From: Epithemia pelagica
Taxonomy: Eukaryota; Protista; Bacillariophyta
Direction of reading: 5' to 3'
DNA length: 64,000 bases
Assembly: GCA_946965045.2 (NCBI GenBank)
Contig: OX337228.1
Coordinates: 6,386,001 to 6,450,000, forward strand
Position numbers and translations under genes: made by a program
Shown here: positions 55,567 to 64,000 of the stretch, piece after piece
Numbering within the stretch: the first letter of the stretch is position 1
How the letters are laid out: the number at the start of each line of letters is the position of its first letter
The notes under the pieces: generated by a model
The model's database searches: none
The model's input: the letters and a program-made list of their open reading frames with translations, nothing else
Told to the model about the DNA's origin: nothing

Positions 55567-58500
55567 ATGAGGCACCACAACAACGACCCATCTCGTTCCA
55601 CAACAACGACGACAACAAGCGTCCGAGCGGCTGCTGCTGGTACAGTCGTCCAACCTCCTCCCACCACCATGTCCAAACCAGGAGGAGGAGTTTCGTCGTC
55701 GTCGTATTCACAACGAGGATCCTTGTGGGTACCTTCCACCGCCATGGCGACTCCAACAGCCACAGCAACACTCTCCTCCTCCTCAACGACACCCCCCACG
55801 GCATCCACCACCACCACTACAAACACAAGCACCACTGCCATTTCACCACCAATAACGACAACTGCTCCATCGTCATCGCCACCCTTGACCACGTTGCACG
55901 AAAAGACCACCACCTTGTTTTCCAGCAGTGTCAACAGCCACAACATCAACACAGGCACGGTGCAAGCCAGTTTGCGACGACGCAGTCGATTGGCGCAACA
56001 ACAACAACAACAGCAATCACAACAATCACAACCACCGCCCAGCACGGCTCCGCCTCCCACCATTGGAGGTGCGGATGCTGCAGTCGCACCTACGCGAAGT
56101 AGAGGTGCCAAAGCGAAACGAGACAAGACCGTCGTTCCTCCTCCCACGGTGATTGTCACGCGCACCCTCTCCCCCACACTCGAGAATGATACTAATTCCT
56201 TGTCTCCGCCTCCACCACAACCACCATTGTCGTCGTCCTGGAGTCCCCGTAGTTCCTCGCATCATCGTCAACGTCGTCCATCCACGGGCGTGGCGTCGTG
56301 TGGTTCGTCCCAGTGCTCGTCGTCGACTACCAAACAAGAAAACCAATTGAACGAATTGATTCATCGATTGTCATCGTCTTCCAATCGTCGTCGATCCAAA
56401 CAACCCAAACGCCACGAACGGGATGCCACCGTTCCCAAACGACAAGAGCACAAGAAGAAGAAGAAACCGAAAAAGGCCCCGAAACAAAAGAAGCGACCAA
56501 TACAAAAGGACGAGGAGGAGGAGGACGTCCAGGATCATGATCCCGAGGAGGAAGAGGATCACGTTCCTTCCCGTCGACGAAACAAACTCAAACTCCAATC
56601 GACGACCCACCAACCGTCGTCGTCCTTATTATCTTCTGGTTCAGCACTTCCTGCCACGACTCGACAAGTGGGAAAATCCAACCAAGGTCGTCGGCAACCG
56701 ACACGACCACCACATCCATCACAGCCAGTGGTTCCGGATTCCAACTACAATAGCAACAGATCCAACGACCACCACCACCATCCGCACGTTCGACGACGAC
56801 CACGACACCAGCAACAAGGAGAAGGAGGACCTGGACCTGGTTCTTCGTTTTCTTCTGTTTTGCCAGCACCACAAGCCATGGTTGGCTCCTCCTCCCACAA
56901 ACCTACGACTCCCATTGTATCGTCTCCCCCACAACGACACTCGTATCGACAACGGACCCGCCAAATGGATGCGTCCCCCTTTGTCGGTGTGGGGACGACC
57001 CATCCACCATCCAGAAGAAGTAAAAGACGAATGGGACCGGATTGTGGTCCAACAGAGGCAGAAGATAGAGGAGGAGAAAACGACAGAGAGTTGGTCCACA
57101 ACAAGAACCACAACAACCACAAGGCAGTCTACAATCGAACCATGCCAGCAGCCGAAAAGGAAAATGCCGCTCACAACAACTCCAACGGAGCCGTATCGTC
57201 ATACCATGCTTCGTCTCATCCTCATCCTCCTTCCAGGATCATCACCACCACCACTCCCTTGGCTCCTTCGTCGGTACCCTCAAATAGTACTACTACTACT
57301 ACTACGATTCCTAGTAAGAAGGCGGATCTGGATCGTACACTCCACGAACTTTCGGTACGACCAGGAGCTATTCATCCAACGGCAGGAACAGCAGCCGCAA
57401 GCACTTGTTCTCCCAAGGATCGTTTGACATCTAATACCCGGCAGCACGAACCACAAGCCAACGTAACCGCAGCATCCCTCGAATTGCCTCCCCCACCCAT
57501 TGAATCACCGCCACCAGCACCCGAAACGGAGGCATCAGTGGTGTCGTGGCGAGGATTGTTTACCTGGATGCAACAACCGGCTCCCACCAATGGCGTCGTG
57601 CTACCCAGTTCCATTTCACGTAACACCACCATGAAACGAGGAATAGGCGGAGGAATGACTTCACCCAACAGCAGCAGCACTGCTGGAGTGGCTGCTTCTG
57701 CTACTGCTGCTTGTCCTCCTCCTCTGTGGACCAGTCGAACCGACAAGATGGAATCCTCCTCTCCTGTAGCAGCAGCACCACGGGCACCCTGGACTCAACA
57801 AAGACCAACGCCAGTTGCACCCTGGACGACCCAAGCGTCCACGAATACTCCAGTAGCGCCATGGACCATCCACAAGACTGTCGGTGCTATACCCACTGCC
57901 GCATCAATCACTTCACCTTCCAGTTTGTCCACGGTTTCATCCAAGCCACCACCGCCACCGCCGCCACTCCTGGTGCAACACCGAGAGCCCATGACAGAGA
58001 CTGGCAGTCCACCGTACCAACCACGCAAACTCTTGGCATCTCTGTCGTCGCGTCCACATCAACAGCAACAGCACCCCGAATCCAAATCCACGGCAGAGCA
58101 CCAAGAGGAGACTCCCCCGAAATTACAACAGCAGCAGCAACAACGACGACGACGACCAGTCTTGCAACAGTTTCCTCCCTTTGCGTCCACCTCGAGTAAC
58201 AGCAAGGCAGCAGCAGCTCGCCGCACTGGCAACGAACGTGCCTTGGCCGCACGACGGGAAATTCTCAGTTCAAGATCGTCCTTGTTGGCATCGCCGCCAC
58301 AGTCACGCTCGGTACCACAGACCATTGTCCTTCCACAACAAGGCAGTGGTGAACTGGAAACGACACCCTTGATTGTTCGAACCAGTCCAAGTTTGAGCAG
58401 CGGCAAAAACAGAAGCAATACGAATCCTAAGGAGGATGTCGATTCACTCGCCTCGCAAGAACCTTCCGTCGAGAAGGACCAAGCCACAGAAACGACCGTA

Positions 58501-61500
58501 TTAGACCTTTCGGTACAAGGCCAAGCCATGACACCTTCACCAGGACCAAAGAAACCAAAAGACAATTACGTGGTCCTTGCACTGAGTGATAGTTTGGCGA
58601 CGTTAACAGCTAGTTGCCTCGACCAAATCCTTGTGATTCAAATTCAAGCGGCCGATGCACCGAAAGCCATCCCTCCCAGTCCAACAAAGGCACTCATGTT
58701 TCAAGAGGATGCATGTCCCGACTCCAATAGCAGCAATAGCTGTCAGACCAATCGCATGGGCACAACCTCGGAAAGTCAAGCCAGAACCTTGGACACAAAC
58801 CAAGCAGTCAAGAAAGCATCAACTGGCAGCACACCGGACGTGTCGGATACAGTAAATGTTGCCGAACCCAACAAGAACAACTCCATGACGGTTTCTGAAG
58901 AAGAACGGTTGGATGCGGCCTATGCTTCGGCTGTCTTGGCTGCATGTAATGGCAGCAAAAATACCCAAGAGACAACCTGCTTTGTTGCCAGTGGATCAAA
59001 TGATGCGAGCAATGTCTGTCTAGAAGCCAAGAACATGCTCTTTGCTCAAGGCCCGAACAGAAAGGAGCCTCCTCTTGTCAGTCAAACGACAATACCCGAG
59101 GAGAAAGCGGAGAGCAATGACGCGGTGTTGAAGGTGCTACCAAGCACTTCCCAGGGACCTATGAAATCTACAGAAGATGATGTCGGGACGACGTTTGGAG
59201 AAGCTGAATTGTCATCTTCCGCAAGGGACACACAGTCTCTGGCAGATGAGAAGCCAAAAGCTCCTACCGATGCAAGTACAAACAAAGAGCAACCATCAAC
59301 GGGTGCTTCATCATCTATTAATCGTCGACAGCTGCAGCCTCTACTGGATATGTTCGAACCCGGTGCGTCTTTGTTCTACGATGACGGTGGAGAAGAGAAG
59401 AAAGACGGTTCCCAAGAGCTACGTCCAGAACTCATGGAGGTCATGGATGAGGAATGCCATTTTGACGAGGTTCCTCGAATGATTTCTTTTTCCAATGATG
59501 CAGCTTCGAACCTTTTCCATCTATGTCCTGGTCGTTCAAAGGCCGAAGAGACGAAAACTGGTTTGGTACACAAAATGGAAGATAAGGAAAGGCAAGATAA
59601 CAGGAACGTCGTGGTACAATCTACCTTGAAGCCTGCGAAGAGGGGTGCGGATTCGACTTTGCACTCTCTGTCGGGCCCCGCAGTGGACAGCTCGTTCCAA
59701 TCTTTTGTCGATGGATCCATTGAGGAATGGACCACTCCTTTGAATGAGTCCAACGTTTCACAGACAACGGTCTCTTGTAAGGAGAACCGCGTGTCACCCG
59801 TCCAACATCAGGATACAATCGGTACCTCCATGTTCCAAGTGAATGTTCTGGAAGAATCCGGTGGACACGAAGCCTTTCTCACCGATATTGAAGTCGCAGT
59901 GCAAGATGTTCCCATTCAGGTAAAACAAACGGAAAATCTCGTGGCCATGCCTCAAGTGACATCCGATATTCAGCATGAGCTAGAAATCACAACGCAAGAT
60001 GAGGCCAGTGCAGGGACGGAAGCGGGAAATGTCCCTGTCGCCCCTCAATCGCCATCCGACATTCAACAGAAACGAGAGGATGCTGAGGAGGAGGATACAG
60101 AATCTAGTCCTGAGCGTGAAAAGATTGTTACCCGACAAAAGGAACCACTGCTGGAACACGACTTGGATGGGAATCTTCAAATGATTCTGCACGATGTCGC
60201 TCGTTCGCAGGATGCCGATGACCAGGACGCCTCATCCTCTTCAACAAGCCAGGAAGAAGATGAAACTGAAGGAAGGAACCAGGCTGAAACAACTTCTCTC
60301 GTGAAAAGAGATATACACCTCGAACAGGAGAGTTTCAAGTCGGTAACAAGGCCATTGGAGGAAAGAGCCCAGCCCGATATTTCCAAAAGAGATCCCAGCA
60401 TTGGATCTGGAGACGCCTCTTTGAATCAGCAACTTGATGACACGTCAGAAATCGATCAGTTGGTGAGAAATGCGTCCGTGTCGATGGATGAGGACGAACA
60501 GTCGTCAACGGGTCACGAACCAAGTACAATCAAGGATGTGGCGAGCCTTTTAAGTAGTGGTAGCAGTGCTAGTTCGATGGAGAGTCAAGAAGACGACGAT
60601 GATGACGAAAATCATTCCTCCTCGACGTTCGACCAACCCAGTACCATTAAGGACGTGGCAAGCTTGTTGAGTAGTTCCACTTCAGAGAGTGAAGACGAAG
60701 AAGTGGACGATTTGTCCTCGGTAGACTCCAATGACATTGGCCAATGGCTTGAGCGGCTGGGTAAGGGCACTCCTGAAGGTCAGAACAAAGAAGAAGAAGA
60801 AGAAGAGGAGGATGAGAAGGCCGATGCATCAGTGGAATCTGTGGAATCCGATGCGGACGCAAGGGCTTATGAGGAAACCAGATTGAAGCCAATGTCGCTT
60901 CCTTTAGCTCAAATGCCTGCAGTGTCCGTTTCTTTTCGAAGTCCCAAGGCATCGAGGGCCATGGCGGAACTCTTTCAAATTCCAGACCATGCCTTGTTGA
61001 AACTTGGATCGGATTCCCAAACCAGTACACTGCATCTAAACAACGACCCATGTACGAGCAACGACGTGGGGTGCTCCCTACAAGATGCCGAATCAGCGAT
61101 GCGACCGCATCCCATTTGTTTGTTTGACAATGGACGGGGTGAAGCCGGGTTTCTGATTCACCAATCGCCAGTCATGGAACGACAGCAAGCCAACGTTAGC
61201 CAAGCTCCAATGGTTCATTGCTGGGGAGGATTGCCGGAACGCCTTGCAGATCGTTTGTATGTAGCTTCGCTTCGACACTCAGATTTGGTGTACTTGGCAA
61301 CCGGTCCGGCCGATCAATATTATGCCAAGCTTGCATCGGGAGAGGTATGGTGGGGCAGTCCCTGTACGACCGCCAATGAGGAAGCGGATACTGTGAACCA
61401 CAATGCCTTTCTCCATGTGTGCGAGGCTTGGAATGACGTGGAACGGGTGGCGTTTGGTCCTCTCGCAACCTACTTGGACGACGAACTGTACCAAGAAAAC

Positions 61501-62253
61501 GAGTCTGGTGAGGTTGTCCATGACGTTTCCAAGCAGTGCTCGTGGATTCTTGTGAATCGTCGAGGACAGGCAGCCTGGCAAAACATACCCATTCGATTGG
61601 AACGCCAATTGATGGACAAGGGCCTGGTCAATTCTGCACCCAGTCTTGTTGGTGCGTGGCGCGCGATGGGATGCATCTCGGAGAACGAGTCTGCGAGAGA
61701 AACTAGCACCGCCATCACATTACAAGGGAACACGACAGGGGAATTGCCAAATGAAGCAACACAAACCACATTGCCTTCTGTGGTGCCTGAAAGGGGGGAG
61801 CAAGATGATGAAAGGGGCGAAAAATCAGATGAAAGAGGGGAACAAGTAGAAGAAGGAGAACGAGAAAACACACGTCAAGCCGCCAATGATGCACCAGTTG
61901 GCGTGACTCAACCCGAAGACAATTTTCCCATGGACCAGCCATGCGGAGAGTGCAATAGCAATCGGATTGTCAGTGTCAGCTTGGGACCTGAGGACACATA
62001 CTTTGTCCGGTTTGGGGATGGAACCGTGGACTATTGTCTATGTGCACGGGCGGCCCAGGCTTGTCACGAGTTGCAAGAGAAGGGGATGCAACAAGACAAA
62101 GATGATGGCGATGATGATCCTGGTCGATTGAAACTGTTGGAATTTGCTCTGCATCCGCAACTTTGGGATACAGACTATGTTCTTCAAAGTCAATGGATTC
62201 GTCCATCCACAACGACGACAGCATTGGTCGAGGGGGACCATGCGTATTCCTAA
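55567..62253 (+). CDS. 2228-aa mostly disordered protein with an ordered C-terminal domain of unknown family
   Basis: 6.7-kb uninterrupted ORF. The last ~400 aa carry repeated LATGP..QYY / VAFGP / VSLGP..TYF motifs. Confidence 0.75.
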   Translation: MRHHNNDPSRSTTTTTTSVRAAAAGTVVQPPPTTMSKPGGGVSSSSYSQRGSLWVPSTAMATPTATATLSSSSTTPPTASTTTTTNTSTTAISPPITTTAPSSSPPLTTLHEKTTTLFSSSVNSHNINTGTVQASLRRRSRLAQQQQQQQSQQSQPPPSTAPPPTIGGADAAVAPTRSRGAKAKRDKTVVPPPTVIVTRTLSPTLENDTNSLSPPPPQPPLSSSWSPRSSSHHRQRRPSTGVASCGSSQCSSSTTKQENQLNELIHRLSSSSNRRRSKQPKRHERDATVPKRQEHKKKKKPKKAPKQKKRPIQKDEEEEDVQDHDPEEEEDHVPSRRRNKLKLQSTTHQPSSSLLSSGSALPATTRQVGKSNQGRRQPTRPPHPSQPVVPDSNYNSNRSNDHHHHPHVRRRPRHQQQGEGGPGPGSSFSSVLPAPQAMVGSSSHKPTTPIVSSPPQRHSYRQRTRQMDASPFVGVGTTHPPSRRSKRRMGPDCGPTEAEDRGGENDRELVHNKNHNNHKAVYNRTMPAAEKENAAHNNSNGAVSSYHASSHPHPPSRIITTTTPLAPSSVPSNSTTTTTTIPSKKADLDRTLHELSVRPGAIHPTAGTAAASTCSPKDRLTSNTRQHEPQANVTAASLELPPPPIESPPPAPETEASVVSWRGLFTWMQQPAPTNGVVLPSSISRNTTMKRGIGGGMTSPNSSSTAGVAASATAACPPPLWTSRTDKMESSSPVAAAPRAPWTQQRPTPVAPWTTQASTNTPVAPWTIHKTVGAIPTAASITSPSSLSTVSSKPPPPPPPLLVQHREPMTETGSPPYQPRKLLASLSSRPHQQQQHPESKSTAEHQEETPPKLQQQQQQRRRRPVLQQFPPFASTSSNSKAAAARRTGNERALAARREILSSRSSLLASPPQSRSVPQTIVLPQQGSGELETTPLIVRTSPSLSSGKNRSNTNPKEDVDSLASQEPSVEKDQATETTVLDLSVQGQAMTPSPGPKKPKDNYVVLALSDSLATLTASCLDQILVIQIQAADAPKAIPPSPTKALMFQEDACPDSNSSNSCQTNRMGTTSESQARTLDTNQAVKKASTGSTPDVSDTVNVAEPNKNNSMTVSEEERLDAAYASAVLAACNGSKNTQETTCFVASGSNDASNVCLEAKNMLFAQGPNRKEPPLVSQTTIPEEKAESNDAVLKVLPSTSQGPMKSTEDDVGTTFGEAELSSSARDTQSLADEKPKAPTDASTNKEQPSTGASSSINRRQLQPLLDMFEPGASLFYDDGGEEKKDGSQELRPELMEVMDEECHFDEVPRMISFSNDAASNLFHLCPGRSKAEETKTGLVHKMEDKERQDNRNVVVQSTLKPAKRGADSTLHSLSGPAVDSSFQSFVDGSIEEWTTPLNESNVSQTTVSCKENRVSPVQHQDTIGTSMFQVNVLEESGGHEAFLTDIEVAVQDVPIQVKQTENLVAMPQVTSDIQHELEITTQDEASAGTEAGNVPVAPQSPSDIQQKREDAEEEDTESSPEREKIVTRQKEPLLEHDLDGNLQMILHDVARSQDADDQDASSSSTSQEEDETEGRNQAETTSLVKRDIHLEQESFKSVTRPLEERAQPDISKRDPSIGSGDASLNQQLDDTSEIDQLVRNASVSMDEDEQSSTGHEPSTIKDVASLLSSGSSASSMESQEDDDDDENHSSSTFDQPSTIKDVASLLSSSTSESEDEEVDDLSSVDSNDIGQWLERLGKGTPEGQNKEEEEEEEDEKADASVESVESDADARAYEETRLKPMSLPLAQMPAVSVSFRSPKASRAMAELFQIPDHALLKLGSDSQTSTLHLNNDPCTSNDVGCSLQDAESAMRPHPICLFDNGRGEAGFLIHQSPVMERQQANVSQAPMVHCWGGLPERLADRLYVASLRHSDLVYLATGPADQYYAKLASGEVWWGSPCTTANEEADTVNHNAFLHVCEAWNDVERVAFGPLATYLDDELYQENESGEVVHDVSKQCSWILVNRRGQAAWQNIPIRLERQLMDKGLVNSAPSLVGAWRAMGCISENESARETSTAITLQGNTTGELPNEATQTTLPSVVPERGEQDDERGEKSDERGEQVEEGERENTRQAANDAPVGVTQPEDNFPMDQPCGECNSNRIVSVSLGPEDTYFVRFGDGTVDYCLCARAAQACHELQEKGMQQDKDDGDDDPGRLKLLEFALHPQLWDTDYVLQSQWIRPSTTTTALVEGDHAYS

Positions 62254-62627
62254 GTCTAGAATTTTCTACTGTATAGTCTCTTGGTCTTCTCTTTCTTTCA
62301 CGAAGACCTACTATGACGCATCGGACAAGGATCCAATCTCCCGCAATTGTTCATTGACAAGATAGAGGAGTCCCAACTCCCAACGTTGACGAATAGAGAT
62401 ATAGCGACGGTAGCATATAAAAGCGATTAATATGCGATTTAGCAATGATGAGAGCGATCATGCCCAGGAAGCGACTCATGAGCGATCTAAATGATGCATG
62501 GTCTTACCGTCTATCGCCCTACTAAAACGTTTTGGCTCACGGCTCTTTACAACCTCTCCCTCTCTATTTGAACTCTGGATTGACCCGCGAACCTTTTCCC
62601 CATTCCTTCCATAGAGTAATCGACACA

Positions 62628-63367
62628 ATGGCAATGCAAAAAATCAAAAAGATGGGTGGTGTAAGTCCTCTATAATGGTGTTGTTGCGTGGAAGTATCCA
62701 TTGTCCCTGTCTCGTCTCTCATGATCGTCTCCCTCCTTCTCTCTCTCTTTTCTTGGTTTGTTTTTGTCTTGTTGTTTGTTCTGGACGAATGACTGTTTGT
62801 ACAATCCCTTCTCGTCGTTTTCCTCTGTAGGCCGAACCCGATGACTTTGAAAAGTCGGTGGCTCAAGAACTGTTGAATTTGGAAATGACGAGTCCGGATT
62901 TGAAAGCCTCTTTGCGCGATTTGTACATTGTGGGCGCCAAGGAAGTCGAGACGGGCAGTGGTCGCAAGGCGATTGTGATTTACGTCCCCTTCAAATTGCG
63001 TTCGGCCTTTCAAAAGGTTCATCCCCGATTGGTACGAGAAATGGAAAAGAAATTTTCGGGCAAACATGTCTTGTTGCTCGCCCACCGAAATATCTTGGGC
63101 AAGAGCTTTGCGCGATCGACCAAGGGCACCAAGGGACCTCGACCGCGGAGTCGGACCTTGACGGCTGTACAGGATGCCATCTTGGAAGATGTGTGCTTTC
63201 CTACCGAAATTGTTGGCAAGCGAACACGGGTCAAGCTCGATGGCAAGCGAACCATCAAAATTTATCTGGACAGCAAAGATCAAGCCAATGTCGAAGGACG
63301 AGTGGATACCTACGCGGCCGTCTACGGAAAACTCACCAACAAAACAGTCACCTTTTTGTTCCAGTAG
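62628..63367 (+). CDS. RPS7: 40S ribosomal protein S7 (eS7); exons 62628-62660 and 62831-63367
   Basis: [32 protein letters not shown] and [10 protein letters not shown] motifs. GTAAGT...TAG intron at 62661-62830. Confidence 0.96.
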
Positions 63368-64000
63368 ATACTTATAGCTGGAGCAAATCAACAAGCCTAA
63401 CGCAACGCAAAACTCTTTGGATTGTAGGTAGGTTATGCTTGCTGTCGTATGCTTTTTGCGAAGGACTCATGTGGATTGAGCGGAGACAGACCTAAACGTT
63501 GAGCAGTCATCCCGAAGTACAAGACACTCGGACCCACCATATGGTACTTTTCTCTCTAGGTGGGAAGAAGTTATCTTCAATACCAAGCAAATCTACCTCA
63601 CCGACCAGGTGCTTTGTGAAGACCACCCATCGTCTTCTCTTCCAATAAGACACTCTCCAATCCCCAACATCTACTATATAACTCGACATGAAAAGTGTCA
63701 AGGTCGTTCTTGGAAGGAGTGTGGCTTTGAATAGGCAAGGTAAGTGGATACTCCCTTGCCCTTCTTTTGTGGTATCTACCTACCTAGGTAGTCCTACTAG
63801 ATTATCTACCTCATCAGGTACGTAGTCTATCTCTATAGTGAAGTTTTGTCTCAGCCGACACGCGACTCGACGCGACATACAGACAGACACTGAAAGCCGG
63901 GCTTGATGTTTGGTCTTGTTGGGCTTGTATCAGTTGACTATGACTACAAGATCAAGAATAAATCCACAGATAAGCCGATGATGTCCTAATTATTCGCTGT

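Noticed and set aside
62661-62830. snoRNA inside the RPS7 intron
   Set aside because: No C/D box pair with a terminal stem and no H/ACA hairpins; mostly a CT/GT-rich tract.
63507-63750. Degenerate Ty1/copia reverse-transcriptase fragment on the minus strand (PCLF..SYIVD..LLGIE), or a small + strand first exon (ATG 63688 to donor GTAAGT at 63740)
   Set aside because: The motif similarity is weak (no YVDD) and there is no LTR. The exon reading has no convincing downstream coding exon in the window.

Overview
Eukaryotic nuclear DNA, almost certainly from a diatom. The evidence is a silicon transporter, DUF6824-type domains and compact genes with 70-170 nt GT-AG introns. No rRNA, tRNA or CRISPR was found. 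The core is ordinary gene-dense sequence: SIT, an importin-alpha-like ARM protein, PHF5A, RPE, a lysophospholipid acyltransferase, ArsH, a CHORD protein, a WW-CD225 protein, eIF3g, a DUF6824/Tudor protein, MON2, ArfGAP, a CDK-like kinase, DDX6, Rsm22/METTL17, a Kelch protein, two giant low-complexity proteins and RPS7. Three accessory zones stand out. (1) 0.2-5.6 kb: an orphan ORF converges on a MULE-clan-like DDE transposase. The orphan is bracketed by two arrays of GGCC-stem-loop-GGAC hairpins, and the second array shows compensatory base changes. (2) 5.8-8.0 kb: upstream of SIT is a nest of MITE/foldback elements, including a 200-bp-arm inverted repeat, plus G-quadruplex motifs. (3) 29.0-32.5 kb: three broken genes surround a three-copy tandem repeat whose units each fold into several hairpins. 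All family assignments come from motif recognition by eye; no database searches were run.
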